Assembly (NCBI GenBank): GCA_016926735.1 | Contig: JAFGOA010000011.1 | Span: 1-64,000, forward strand | DNA: 64,000 nucleotides | Direction of reading: 5' to 3' | Source: Promethearchaeota archaeon | Lineage (GTDB): Archaea; Asgardarchaeota; Lokiarchaeia; Sigyniarchaeales; SOKP01 | Program-made: the position numbers and the translations under genes | Notes under the pieces: generated by a model | Seen by the model: only the letters and a program-made list of their open reading frames with translations | What the model was told of the DNA's origin: nothing | Databases searched by the model: none | Shown: piece by piece, positions 20,118 to 30,460 of the stretch | Position numbering within the stretch: the stretch's first letter is position 1 | How the letters are laid out: each line of letters opens with the position of its first letter

Positions 20118-20387
20118 TTAATAAATGTTATTTTTATTTATTTTCGTTTTAAAGCGATGCCCTTTTTCTGTAAGGATATATTCTTCTTCTATCTTTTCAA
20201 TCAAGTTTAAATTTAGTAAGACTGGTACTCTACCTCTAATGCATGAAATAGGAATACCTGAAAAGAGTTTAATTGTATCAAAATTACGAGCTCCCCTATC
20301 GATCGCAAAAAAGATTTCAATACCAATATTCCCCAGCAAATATTTCAGATCATCTTCTGAAGGTTCTTCCTTTGACATAAACAACAA
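20118..20387 (-). CDS. Small winged-helix protein
   Basis: HTH followed by L..L.LIEK....Y.LTEKG wing motif. Confidence 0.7.
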   Translation of the reverse strand: MLFMSKEEPSEDDLKYLLGNIGIEIFFAIDRGARNFDTIKLFSGIPISCIRGRVPVLLNLNLIEKIEEEYILTEKGHRFKTKINKNNIY

Positions 20388-20485
20388 TCAAGCTCTCAAT
20401 TAAATAAGATCCTAAGAAATTTATTTCTTTAATTTTTTATTTTATATTTTTTTTATTATTTTTTTTAAAGTTCTTTTTTAGATCC

Positions 20486-21724
20486 TTAAAGATCTTTTTC
20501 TTTATGATCATTTGTGGAACCTTCAACAGATGTTAATAATTTCTTTTTTTTTGAATAATTTTTTGAATTACTAATTTCTTCATTAAGATTTGGAATATAT
20601 GTTTCGGCGACGACAGGTTTTACCTCTTTTGGTAATAATTTTCTTAAATATTCAGGGAATGCAGTTGTAATTTGTAAATTTGTTTTTAACACGATATATC
20701 TCTCATTTTTATATTTTAATTCTTCAATAATATCATATTTTTTTAAAAAATCTATTACTTTACTGAGAGCATCCAAATTCCTTTTTGAAACTAATTTTGG
20801 TAATTTATCTCTTGGAATTAGACCATTTCTTAGCTCTGAAAGCACATTATACTTTTTAGGATCTGCAATAATTTGAAAAAGACGAAAAGAATCATTCTCT
20901 AATTCTTCTTCTGTTTTAGTTTCATAAGAACTAAAATATTTTTGAACTTTTGGAAGAATTAATTCAATAAGTTTAGGTGTTTGGTCAATATATTCGATAA
21001 CGCTATCTGGAGGAATTCTTTCAGCATTAACTTCTTTAAGAAGTAATACATATTTTTCAACAATTCCTATTTGGTTGATAAAGATCAGCTGTCTTTCAAT
21101 AAGTAAATCAATAATATCATTGAATGATCTCTTTGGAAAACTATTTTGAAACCATTCTCGAAGCCAATCTAACGGTAGGGGTCCTTTAGAGAGTTTTCTT
21201 AATATGTGAAAAATATATTTTTTTTTTAAAAGACTAGCTAATTTTTCTTCCTCAGATTTCTCTCTTGTGACCTCAATAGTAGCCCAGTATAATTCTCTAA
21301 CCCATAGTTTTACTAATTCGTTATTTTTAATAATAATTTCTTGTTCTTCTTTATCAAAATTTCTAATATCTCCAATACGAAATGCTGTGTAAATTTCTTC
21401 ATTTGATTTTAATTTTTCAGAAAATTCTGAACATAGAGATTGTATCTTATCTTCAATTTCTGTAATCATTTGTTGATTAAATATAATTGAAATCATGAGC
21501 ATATCTCGATTTCCGCGAGCCCAATCTGATTGAATTTCAAAATAATAATTCAAAGTGATTATTTCTTCAAATGAATGTGTAAAGAATCCTTCTATAAATT
21601 GTTGATCCATTATATTTGCTATCCTTGTGGATAATTTTTCATCTAATATATCCTCTGGATAGGAATAATATACCAAAGGCCCTATTTTACGATGAAAATA
21701 ACTTAATGCACAAATATTCTTCAA
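20486..21724 (-). CDS. Longin/uDENN-like domain protein with two C-terminal winged helices
   Basis: N-terminal LSYFHRKIGP...SYP, YYFEI.S..ARG; two repeated helix-turn-helix-wing segments. Confidence 0.6.
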   Translation of the reverse strand: MKNICALSYFHRKIGPLVYYSYPEDILDEKLSTRIANIMDQQFIEGFFTHSFEEIITLNYYFEIQSDWARGNRDMLMISIIFNQQMITEIEDKIQSLCSEFSEKLKSNEEIYTAFRIGDIRNFDKEEQEIIIKNNELVKLWVRELYWATIEVTREKSEEEKLASLLKKKYIFHILRKLSKGPLPLDWLREWFQNSFPKRSFNDIIDLLIERQLIFINQIGIVEKYVLLLKEVNAERIPPDSVIEYIDQTPKLIELILPKVQKYFSSYETKTEEELENDSFRLFQIIADPKKYNVLSELRNGLIPRDKLPKLVSKRNLDALSKVIDFLKKYDIIEELKYKNERYIVLKTNLQITTAFPEYLRKLLPKEVKPVVAETYIPNLNEEISNSKNYSKKKKLLTSVEGSTNDHKEKDL

Positions 21725-21953
21725 CTAATAGCTCTCCAAATATTTAATTGTTCTTATGTGAATTTCTGTTAATATTCTATTATTGTATAAACATTAATAC
21801 TAAGGATTATATATACCTAAATATAAATAAATTTATGTTATTCATTGACATTATTTTATTGAAAGAATTAAATTAAATAGAAATTATTATTGTTATATTT
21901 GAGTAATCTCAAATATTATAGATCTCAAAAAAGTTATTTATATTTGAATAAAA

Positions 21954-22691
21954 ATGACAATTAAATTAGTTGGTTTTGATTTAGATGATTGCCTTTTTGA
22001 TTCGACTGGATTGTCTTTAAAAGCTCGTTTAAAGGGAATTGAGGCAATGATAAAACTTGGATTAGAAATTAAAAAAGAAGAAGCAGAAAAGATCCTTTTT
22101 GAAATAGTAGAAGAATATGGTTCTAATTTTTCCAAACATTTTAATTATTTTATCCGTAGGTTAAATCTAATTCATGAAAATATAAACCTATCTTATAATA
22201 TGCAATATAAATATATCGCTGCCGCAGTAATGGCATATCATAAAGAAAAAATTGAATCAATATGTCTTTATGATGATGTAAAAGAATGTCTTTCTAATTT
22301 AAGAGAACGAAATATCAAAACAGCTATAATAACAGATGGAATTCCCATAAAACAATATGAAAAAATCCTCCGATTGGAGATAGATCATCTGATAGATCTA
22401 GTTTTGATAACAGATCAAATTGGCATTCGAAAACCTAACCCAAGCCTTTTTGAATATTGCCTTAAAAAATTCAATGTTAAAGGTCAAGAAACTATTTATA
22501 TTGGAGATCGATTGGATAAAGATATAGAACCTGCTTTAAAGAATGGAATACATAGCATTTTTATACATAGAGGAGGTAAATACGATTTACCTTCTAAAAT
22601 TAAGGATAAAGGACAGAATATAAAACCAACTTATGAAATAAATACATTAGATGAAATAGTTGAAATCATATCAGATATAAATTCAAAATAA
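21954..22691 (+). CDS. HAD-superfamily hydrolase (subfamily IA)
   Basis: FDLDD, IITDG, KP, GDR..KDI. Confidence 0.92.
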   Translation: MTIKLVGFDLDDCLFDSTGLSLKARLKGIEAMIKLGLEIKKEEAEKILFEIVEEYGSNFSKHFNYFIRRLNLIHENINLSYNMQYKYIAAAVMAYHKEKIESICLYDDVKECLSNLRERNIKTAIITDGIPIKQYEKILRLEIDHLIDLVLITDQIGIRKPNPSLFEYCLKKFNVKGQETIYIGDRLDKDIEPALKNGIHSIFIHRGGKYDLPSKIKDKGQNIKPTYEINTLDEIVEIISDINSK

Positions 22692-22695
22692 AAAA

Positions 22696-23508
22696 ATGAA
22701 AATTGCATGTCTCCAGCCTAATCTTTTGAAAAATAGAATGAAATGTTATAAACATATACATAATTTAATAGATAGTTTATTTAACAGATATAATAAATGC
22801 GATTTAATATGTTTACCTGAAAGATGGATTCCTTTTTTTGATAATAAAGGCGAAGATTTCCAGAAAGAAAGAGGAGAGGATTATTCATTTATAAAATCCA
22901 TTTCTAAGGAATATTCAACTAGTATTCTTTCAGGTGCAATTTGGGAGAAAAGAAACAATTTAGATAAACCTCTAATCACATGTTATTTATTTAATGATAA
23001 TGGGGATGAATTAGGAAGACAAGATAAGATTCATCTTTATCAAAAAGAATTAAAATTATTTCAAAGTGGTAAAAAATTAAATATCTTTAAGTTCAAAAAT
23101 CATAATATTGCTATTTTAATATGTTTTGATATGGCTTTTTATGAAACACCTCGATTAGCAGCTGAGAATGGTGCAGATGTCTTATTTTCACCCACTCAAA
23201 TAAGTATTGAAGGGATGTACAACTGGAAAGTGTATTTACAAGCGAGAGCTCTTGAAAATCGAATTCCTGTGGTGGGATGTAATACTTTGGGTAAAATATG
23301 TAATAAAATATTTCCAGGAAATAGTAAAATCATTTCTTTTGATAAAAGCAAAGTAACTCCATCAAAACTTAAAATTATTGAAGCCCCCATTAATCAAAGT
23401 TGTTTTTTATACGGAGAAATTGATTTAGACTATCCTAAGACAATAAGAGATGTTCGTTTAAATGAAAGAATAGATAAAAATACTATTGAAGTGAAGAAAA
23501 TTAGTTGA
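22696..23508 (+). CDS. Carbon-nitrogen hydrolase (nitrilase family)
   Basis: LPE, KIHL, ICFD catalytic triad; ARALEN. Confidence 0.9.
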   Translation: MKIACLQPNLLKNRMKCYKHIHNLIDSLFNRYNKCDLICLPERWIPFFDNKGEDFQKERGEDYSFIKSISKEYSTSILSGAIWEKRNNLDKPLITCYLFNDNGDELGRQDKIHLYQKELKLFQSGKKLNIFKFKNHNIAILICFDMAFYETPRLAAENGADVLFSPTQISIEGMYNWKVYLQARALENRIPVVGCNTLGKICNKIFPGNSKIISFDKSKVTPSKLKIIEAPINQSCFLYGEIDLDYPKTIRDVRLNERIDKNTIEVKKIS

Positions 23509-23607
23509 AAATGGTGCTTTACAATATTTATTTTTACTTCTAATTATCTCTCTCTGTGGGGTTTAAATATGAAAATTAAAATTATATATAAAAAAATTTT
23601 ATAAAAA

Positions 23608-24822
23608 ATGATAACTACAAAAGAAAATATAAATTTTGTTGGAGCAAGAGCACTTTTTGATCCTTATTACATCCCGCCTAAATTACTACACAGAAAAATG
23701 GAAGAAAAATATCTTTTTTCAATTATAAATGATTGCTTAATAGATGATTATTCTATGAATATTTTATATCAAGGTGCTGAAGGAATTGGAAAAAAAGTAA
23801 TTATTAATAAAGTTTTACGGGATCTTATCAATAAAAATTATTCTTATAATGATATATATAAAATTCATATTGATTGTAAAGAAAAAAGTCAAGATGAGGT
23901 AATTATATATATTCTTACAACAATATTAAAGACTTTAAATCTTAAAATTGATATCAATCTAATGATTAATTCTAATATCCATCAACTATGGAATATTTTA
24001 AAATTAACTTTAAAGAAAATGGATGGTAAAATATTTATTATTATGAATAATACTGAAAATCAGAACCTTAAACTAATAAAAAAGATACTTATACTAGGTA
24101 AAGAATTAAAAATTAATACCATTTCAACAAGAAATCAAGTTCTAATGCCCCAAAATTTTGAGATAAAATCATGTTATGATCTAAAAAAAAAATTAAATCA
24201 TTTTTCATATAATCAACTTTTTGATATTCTCAAACAAAGATCTTCATTAAGTTTCCTACATCAAATTGACACAGAAGTAATAGAATATATTACAGACATT
24301 ATTTTTGATAATTATATCCCAATCCCTGGAAAAGGAATTGAGATCTTAAAGGATCTGTTCCCCTCTCTTCAAAAAAAGCAATCAATAAATTATAATCAAT
24401 TAATTCAAATTTGCGAGACTCATTTTGAATCATTTCTTATTTTTAGCGAATATAATATGTTATCCTTTCTTTCAGAAGAAGATCTATTAACAATGTTATT
24501 TCTTGATAATTTAGCTAATTATTTTATGAGTAAATCATCTTTATTCTATATAAATTTGAAAATTCTAAAAGAAATATATTTTATCTCCTGTGAGACCATT
24601 GGATATAATAAAAATCTTAAAGAATTTTCTCAATTGATCAAAAAATTTGAAAATCTTGGAATTATTAATTTATCAAAAAAAAATCTCTTGGTTAATAAAG
24701 AAAATCATTTATATAATCTTCCATCAATGAATTCTTATTTTATATCAATAAGTCCATTGAAATTAAAAGCTATGATTGATGCTATTTTTGAAAAGAATCA
24801 TATAATTAATTTGAATAATTAA
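23608..24822 (+). CDS. Cdc6/Orc1-like AAA+ protein with degenerate ATPase motifs
   Basis: FDPYYIPPKLLHR N-terminus, GAEGIGKK, Y...QL..IL..R, C-terminal winged helix. Confidence 0.7.
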   Translation: MITTKENINFVGARALFDPYYIPPKLLHRKMEEKYLFSIINDCLIDDYSMNILYQGAEGIGKKVIINKVLRDLINKNYSYNDIYKIHIDCKEKSQDEVIIYILTTILKTLNLKIDINLMINSNIHQLWNILKLTLKKMDGKIFIIMNNTENQNLKLIKKILILGKELKINTISTRNQVLMPQNFEIKSCYDLKKKLNHFSYNQLFDILKQRSSLSFLHQIDTEVIEYITDIIFDNYIPIPGKGIEILKDLFPSLQKKQSINYNQLIQICETHFESFLIFSEYNMLSFLSEEDLLTMLFLDNLANYFMSKSSLFYINLKILKEIYFISCETIGYNKNLKEFSQLIKKFENLGIINLSKKNLLVNKENHLYNLPSMNSYFISISPLKLKAMIDAIFEKNHIINLNN

Positions 24823-24956
24823 TTTTTTTTTATACTATTCTTATTAATTATTCAATTTTAGTATTATATAATAAAAAAGAGAATATAAAAAAAACATTTA
24901 TACTCATATAAACTTTTTTAATGTATCATAGGATAATTTGAGATTAGGTTTTTTTA

Positions 24957-27900
24957 TTGACATATATAAAAAAAATTTCAATGACTGGATTCAAATCATT
25001 CGGAGATCGCACAGTAACTATAAAATTATCTCCAGGATTTACATGCGTTGTTGGTCCAAATGGAGCTGGTAAATCAAATATAATCGACGCTTTATGTTTT
25101 GCACTTGGACGATTATCAAAAAAAACTATGAGAGCTGAAAAACTTGAGGACCTTATTTTTGCGGGATCAAGAGCTCATAATCCTTCAAATCGTGCATCTG
25201 TGACTTTATATTTTGATAATTCTGATGGAACTTTTCCTGGAGGTACAAATGACTTTGAAATTACTCGTGTAGTAATTAAAGGTAAGGGAAATAAATATAA
25301 AATGAATGGACAGCGAGCAACCCGTCAACAAATCCTAAATGTTCTTGCAGCTGCAAATATTGATCCTGATGGTAGCAATCAATTTGTTCTACAAGGAAAA
25401 ATAGTTGAACTTACTCATATGAATACTGAAGAGCGACGAAAATTTATTGAAGAACTGATTGGGCTTCAAAAGTATGATGATATGAAGGATGATACTCTAA
25501 AGGAGTTGGAAAAAGCAGAACGTGATTTAGGACAATTTGAAGCTATTTTTAAAGAAGTATCTTCTCAGTTAAAAAAAGTTGAAAAAGAAAAAAATGATGC
25601 TTTAGCTTGGAAAGAATTGGACCAGAAAGTTAAAGAACTTAATGTTAAACTTATTGCTTTAAAAATTTCAAAATTAAAGGAAGAAGAAGAAGCAATCGAA
25701 AAAAAGATCGAGCAATCTCAAAAATATATTGAAGAAATTCAAGAGAAAATCTCACGTCAAGAAGAGACTCTTAAGCAAGAATCCTTAGTTATGGAAAATA
25801 TTCAGAAAGTCATAAATGAAAGGGAAAAAGAAAGAGATAATATAAATGAACAAATTACTCAATTAAAAACCGAGTTATCCTCACATCTGACGACTTCTGA
25901 TTTAGCAAAAAAGTCAATTGAAAAATTAAAAAAAGAAAGATCAAAACTAGAAAACCTTCAAATGCAGTTAGAAGAGGGACAGAATTATGATTCTTTAATT
26001 AATAATATAAACACCGAAATTGATAGTATTAAAATTAAAATTGAAAACTCAAAGAAAGAAATCGAGGAAAAACAACAAAATCAACAACAACTAGATGAAC
26101 AAATAAATAATGCTGAGAAAGAAAAATCAAAACTAATTTCAGATATTTCAAAATTTGAGCAAGAAATTTCATCAAAGGAAGCTAGTATTAATGGTCTGAA
26201 AGAAAATATAAAGAAAAATATCCAAAAAAAAGAAAAAAGAGAAGAAGAATTACAAGATCTTAAAGGGGAAGCTGAAAGCGTTGAAAGCGCTATGAAATTA
26301 GTAAAGGGAGAAGAAGAAAATATAAGAAAAGAAATTGAAATCGTTAAAATCCAGATATCTAAAGAAAATGAAAATAGAAAGAATTTAGAAAACAATATTA
26401 CAGTAAAACAAAAGGAGAAAAATATAATTATCTCAAATATATCTGAAATCAAATCCACATTGTCTTCAATTAGCACTGAAATTAAGATGTATAACGATAA
26501 TATCCAAAATCTTGAAAATAAAAAACTACTAATTAATCAAAAAATTGAAGATATAAGTAAGGGTTCTGAAATTGAAAAAGCATTAAAAAAAAATCTTGAA
26601 GATAGAAAACAACTCACTCAAGAATTAGATCAGATAAAGAAGAAAATTAAAGAAGAGGATTTTGAATTTAGGAAAAATGAAAAAAATCTTGAACTTATAA
26701 AAATGAAACAAAATGCTTTATTAACTGAAATAAATGATAATCAGTCAAAAATTAGTAACTTAGGAACAAAATCAAGAATTTTCCAAAAAGAATTCACTAA
26801 TTTAGAAAGGGAAATTAATACTATAACAGTAAATCTTGAAAATGTGAATAAAGATATTGAGGAAAATGATATTAATATAGAAAATCTCAATAAAAGAAAA
26901 GATAATATTATCCGTAGACTCGAGGAATTAAATGCTGAAAAAAAAAGAATTCAAGATAGAATTGATAATGCAGAACAAGAATATGAAAAAGATAAATCAG
27001 ATATTAATGGAATTTTACAGATCTTAAATATGTTAACTCAAAATATCAATATTTCTGTGGAATCTATAAAAAGTAATATTCAACAATCTAATTCTGAAGC
27101 CATTGATTATTCTGCTGAAGATTTTCGAAAATTTATCTTAGATGTTATTGATATGATGAAAACAATAGAGGATGTGAAATGTGAAACCAATACGGAAAAT
27201 ATTATTCCTATTCTTGAATCAATGGTACAAACATTATCATTATTTAATGAAAATGCAGATCAAACAATTGAACAACTAGTATATCGGATTAAAGAATCTG
27301 TGGATGTTGCTGTTCAAGATTCAACTTCGAATTTTGATCACTTTGTTCAAGATTTAATGGAAATATTGGAAAATGTTCATGTATCTCTAAGAAAATTAAC
27401 CGTTTCTAAAGGACAAGACCTATATAAACAACTTGAAGAAATAAGTGAGAGTATTCAAGAACAAGGAGATCAAGTAAATGAAATAGGAATGAATATCTCT
27501 GAACTTCAAATTAAAAATATTCATAATAATAAAGAGAAAACAACAAATCAAATTAAATTTGAAGAAGTGCAAAAAAGAATAAATGAATTAAATGAAAAAA
27601 ATACCGAATTTAATAAAGAAATAGATGAAAGAAATTCAATTATCAATGAGAGAAACAAACAAGAAGAAGAAATAAAAAAACAAATAGAGGAATTAAAGAA
27701 ATTTAGAGATGAACATTGGGATACGACAACCAAATTACAAGAAGAATTGGATAAAAAACAAAATAATATTTCAAACTTGGAACAAAAACTTCAAGATTTA
27801 AAAGGAATTGAAACGCTCTTTGAAAATCTCGATGATATATCACAAAATATAGAAAGTATAAAAAAATCAATCGAAGATAAAAAATTATCAATAATTGATA

Positions 27901-29396
27901 TTGAAGATAATATAAAAAATAAAAATGAAGAATTAAATGCAGTACAAAAAGAAATTGAGCAATTAAATAATAAAAAAGAAACTTTCTGGGAAATTAATAA
28001 ATCACTTCAAGAGAAGATAGAAGATAAAAACAAAGACCTTGAAAAAGTCTTGGATAGATTAAGATCATTAGAAAATATAGTAAGATTGATACATTCCATT
28101 GAAGAATTAAAAAATGAAAATATTGAAGCAGATAAAAAAATAAAAGATAATACTAAATTAATTGAAGAAGCTAAAACAAATATAGAAACCATTCAAAAAG
28201 ATGTAGATAAAAAACAAAAAATAACTGAGAATTTGAGAACTGAAAAATCTAAAATGATTAAAGAACAAAAAATTGCTCAAGAAAACCTTAATAATCTCAA
28301 TAAAGAATTTCAAGACGCACAATCAAAATTGAATGAACTCAATAAAAACAAGGATAGAGAAGAAAAGATTAATTCAATTTACTCTGAAATAGAACAAACT
28401 AAAAAACAAATAGAAGAGGTTCAAATTAAAATCAAAGACATTGAAACAAACCTTGAAGAAGTTAATGCCAAAAAGATTGAAAAACAAAATGAAATTGATA
28501 GAAATATTACTGAAAAAGATGAATCATGGAAAAAACAAAAACAATTTCAAAAAATTTATACAGATTTAAAATCTGACTTCTCGATGGAAAAATCAAAATT
28601 AAATAATTTAGAGTCAAAAAAGGTAATAAATAATGACCAAATTGAAGCATTATTTCATAGATCTAAAGATTTTGGAATCCTCCCTCAAGTTACGGAAGAT
28701 CTATCTGAAATGGATTTAGAAAATGATATAACCGCCTCAATTAAACAAAGAGAAGCTCTTGAACCTGTAAATCTAAGAGCAATCAAACAATATGATGCGG
28801 TAAAGGAACGATTTGATGAAATTGATATGAGAAGACAAACAATACAAAGAGAAAGAAAATCAATTCTAGATGCAATTGAAAAAATAGAATTAGAGAAATT
28901 TCAATCATTTACGAAAGCTTATCATGAAATAAACAGAGAATTCTCCAGAATATTTCAAAAATTATCTCCAGGAGGATCTGCTAAAATGATACTAGACAGA
29001 CCAGATAAACCTTTTGAAGGAGGAATTAGTATTGAGGCAAGACCTCGTGGAAAAAAAATATCCTCTCTTGAAATTTTAAGTGGAGGTGAGAAAACTCTTG
29101 TAGCACTCTCATTTATCTTTTCTGTTCAAGAATTCTATCCCGCACCTTTTTATATAATGGATGAGATTGATGCTGCGTTGGACGGTCCGAACGTACATCG
29201 TGTTTCCACGGTTATCCAAGAATTTTCTCATCAAGCACAGTTTATTGTTATAAGTCACCGAGAAGAAAATATTGTTAATGCTGAAAGGATATATGGTGTA
29301 TCAATGCAACAAAGTGGAATAACAGACGTATTCAGCGTTGATTTAGAAGAAGAAGCAAAACGTCTTTTGGATATTGAGAATGTAGAAGCAAATTAG
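24957..29396 (+). CDS. smc: Chromosome segregation ATPase SMC (elongated, non-canonical hinge)
   Basis: GFKSF, GPNGAGKSN, VLQG Q-loop, PVNLRAI, LSGGEK, IMDEIDAALD, QFIVISH; scpA and scpB downstream. Confidence 0.93.
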   Translation: MTYIKKISMTGFKSFGDRTVTIKLSPGFTCVVGPNGAGKSNIIDALCFALGRLSKKTMRAEKLEDLIFAGSRAHNPSNRASVTLYFDNSDGTFPGGTNDFEITRVVIKGKGNKYKMNGQRATRQQILNVLAAANIDPDGSNQFVLQGKIVELTHMNTEERRKFIEELIGLQKYDDMKDDTLKELEKAERDLGQFEAIFKEVSSQLKKVEKEKNDALAWKELDQKVKELNVKLIALKISKLKEEEEAIEKKIEQSQKYIEEIQEKISRQEETLKQESLVMENIQKVINEREKERDNINEQITQLKTELSSHLTTSDLAKKSIEKLKKERSKLENLQMQLEEGQNYDSLINNINTEIDSIKIKIENSKKEIEEKQQNQQQLDEQINNAEKEKSKLISDISKFEQEISSKEASINGLKENIKKNIQKKEKREEELQDLKGEAESVESAMKLVKGEEENIRKEIEIVKIQISKENENRKNLENNITVKQKEKNIIISNISEIKSTLSSISTEIKMYNDNIQNLENKKLLINQKIEDISKGSEIEKALKKNLEDRKQLTQELDQIKKKIKEEDFEFRKNEKNLELIKMKQNALLTEINDNQSKISNLGTKSRIFQKEFTNLEREINTITVNLENVNKDIEENDINIENLNKRKDNIIRRLEELNAEKKRIQDRIDNAEQEYEKDKSDINGILQILNMLTQNINISVESIKSNIQQSNSEAIDYSAEDFRKFILDVIDMMKTIEDVKCETNTENIIPILESMVQTLSLFNENADQTIEQLVYRIKESVDVAVQDSTSNFDHFVQDLMEILENVHVSLRKLTVSKGQDLYKQLEEISESIQEQGDQVNEIGMNISELQIKNIHNNKEKTTNQIKFEEVQKRINELNEKNTEFNKEIDERNSIINERNKQEEEIKKQIEELKKFRDEHWDTTTKLQEELDKKQNNISNLEQKLQDLKGIETLFENLDDISQNIESIKKSIEDKKLSIIDIEDNIKNKNEELNAVQKEIEQLNNKKETFWEINKSLQEKIEDKNKDLEKVLDRLRSLENIVRLIHSIEELKNENIEADKKIKDNTKLIEEAKTNIETIQKDVDKKQKITENLRTEKSKMIKEQKIAQENLNNLNKEFQDAQSKLNELNKNKDREEKINSIYSEIEQTKKQIEEVQIKIKDIETNLEEVNAKKIEKQNEIDRNITEKDESWKKQKQFQKIYTDLKSDFSMEKSKLNNLESKKVINNDQIEALFHRSKDFGILPQVTEDLSEMDLENDITASIKQREALEPVNLRAIKQYDAVKERFDEIDMRRQTIQRERKSILDAIEKIELEKFQSFTKAYHEINREFSRIFQKLSPGGSAKMILDRPDKPFEGGISIEARPRGKKISSLEILSGGEKTLVALSFIFSVQEFYPAPFYIMDEIDAALDGPNVHRVSTVIQEFSHQAQFIVISHREENIVNAERIYGVSMQQSGITDVFSVDLEEEAKRLLDIENVEAN

Positions 29397-29460
29397 AAAA
29401 TCAAATAGGTGAATCTTTTTTTTAAAAAAACTTAGAAAACCGCCAGACTCTCATTATTAA

Positions 29461-30042
29461 TTGACTAAGTTTTTCTTTTTTATAGTAATAAAATTCTTGT
29501 TGAGAATTCTTATGCTTATATCTCCATCTCAAGAAACAAAATTATTAAAAATAATTATTGCTGGAAATGCAAGTGTGGGTAAAACTACCTTGATCAAACG
29601 TTATATTGAAGGAATATTTTTAAAAAACTCTAAAATGACTGTTGGTGTTGAACATTATGCTAAAGAAATAGAAATATCTGATTTTGTTTGTAAGATGCAA
29701 TTATGGGATTTGGGTGGTCAAGATAGGTTTCGATATATTTTAGATTTTGCAATAAAAGGAGCTCATGGTGCGTTATTATTATTCGACATTACAAATTATA
29801 GTAGTTTTATTTCTATAGATAAATGGGTAAAATTATTAAGATCTGAGAATGATAACTTACCCATCCTCTTAGTTGGTACTAAAACAGATCTTCAAAATTG
29901 TTCAGTTGTTAAAGATGTTCTCATTCCAAAAGTGGTAAAAAGAAATAATTTCTCTAATTATTTAGAAACATCTTCAAAAACGGGTTTAAATATAGAAAAT
30001 GTTTTTCAATCCATCCTTTCAGATATTTTAATACAAAATTAA
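29461..30042 (+). CDS. Rab-like small GTPase (probable start ATG 29512)
   Basis: GNASVGKT, TVG, WDLGGQ, GTKTD, ETSSK; no C-terminal prenylation Cys. Confidence 0.9.
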   Translation: MTKFFFFIVIKFLLRILMLISPSQETKLLKIIIAGNASVGKTTLIKRYIEGIFLKNSKMTVGVEHYAKEIEISDFVCKMQLWDLGGQDRFRYILDFAIKGAHGALLLFDITNYSSFISIDKWVKLLRSENDNLPILLVGTKTDLQNCSVVKDVLIPKVVKRNNFSNYLETSSKTGLNIENVFQSILSDILIQN

Positions 30043-30134
30043 AAATTTTTTTTTTGGATTTTTATAATTTTGCTTTTACTTTTTATATATAGTTACAAAT
30101 GACAAATTAATATAATAAGGAAGTGATTTCACCA

Positions 30135-30251
30135 TTGGAAATTAACAAAAAAATTATAGTTGGACTTACTATTTTATTAACTGTAGCTTATGGATTATCA
30201 CTTGCTACTGCTGGTGTAAGTTATCCAGGATGTGCAGAAGGACAACCATAA
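30135..30251 (+). CDS. Unannotated 38-aa secreted-peptide precursor
   Basis: TTG start after GGAAGTGA SD-like motif; MEINKKIIVGLTILLTVAYGLSLATA|GVSYPGCAEGQP; TATA-like TTTTATATAT at 30081-30090; T-tract downstream. Confidence 0.65.
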   Translation: MEINKKIIVGLTILLTVAYGLSLATAGVSYPGCAEGQP

Positions 30252-30285
30252 ATATATATAAAAAAATAAAATTAAGGTCCCAATA

Positions 30286-30304
30286 TTTTTTCTTTTTTTT
30301 TTTT
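30286..30304 (+). terminator. Oligo-T terminator-like tract after the peptide ORF
   Basis: Near-uninterrupted T run ~35 nt after the stop codon. Confidence 0.45.
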
Positions 30305-30460
30305 CCAAATTGTAATGATAATTTAAAACTTTATAGAATTATTAAATTAAAAAGAATTCTTTAGTCTAAAAGATTCAATTTAAAATGCAGTTTTTATAGG
30401 TTAAAAAAAAAAGAATGATATAAGATAATTTTTAAATTTAAAAATTTAAGTGGACTTATA

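Noticed and set aside
23509-23607. Replication origin beside the cdc6-like gene
   Set aside because: Flanking intergenic regions are short and show no ORB or mini-ORB repeats
26081-28192. Antisense ORFs within smc, and similar shadow ORFs inside valS, lysZ, top6B, the HEAT gene, mcm and VIT1
   Set aside because: Ser/Phe/Ile-rich mirror frames of well-supported genes
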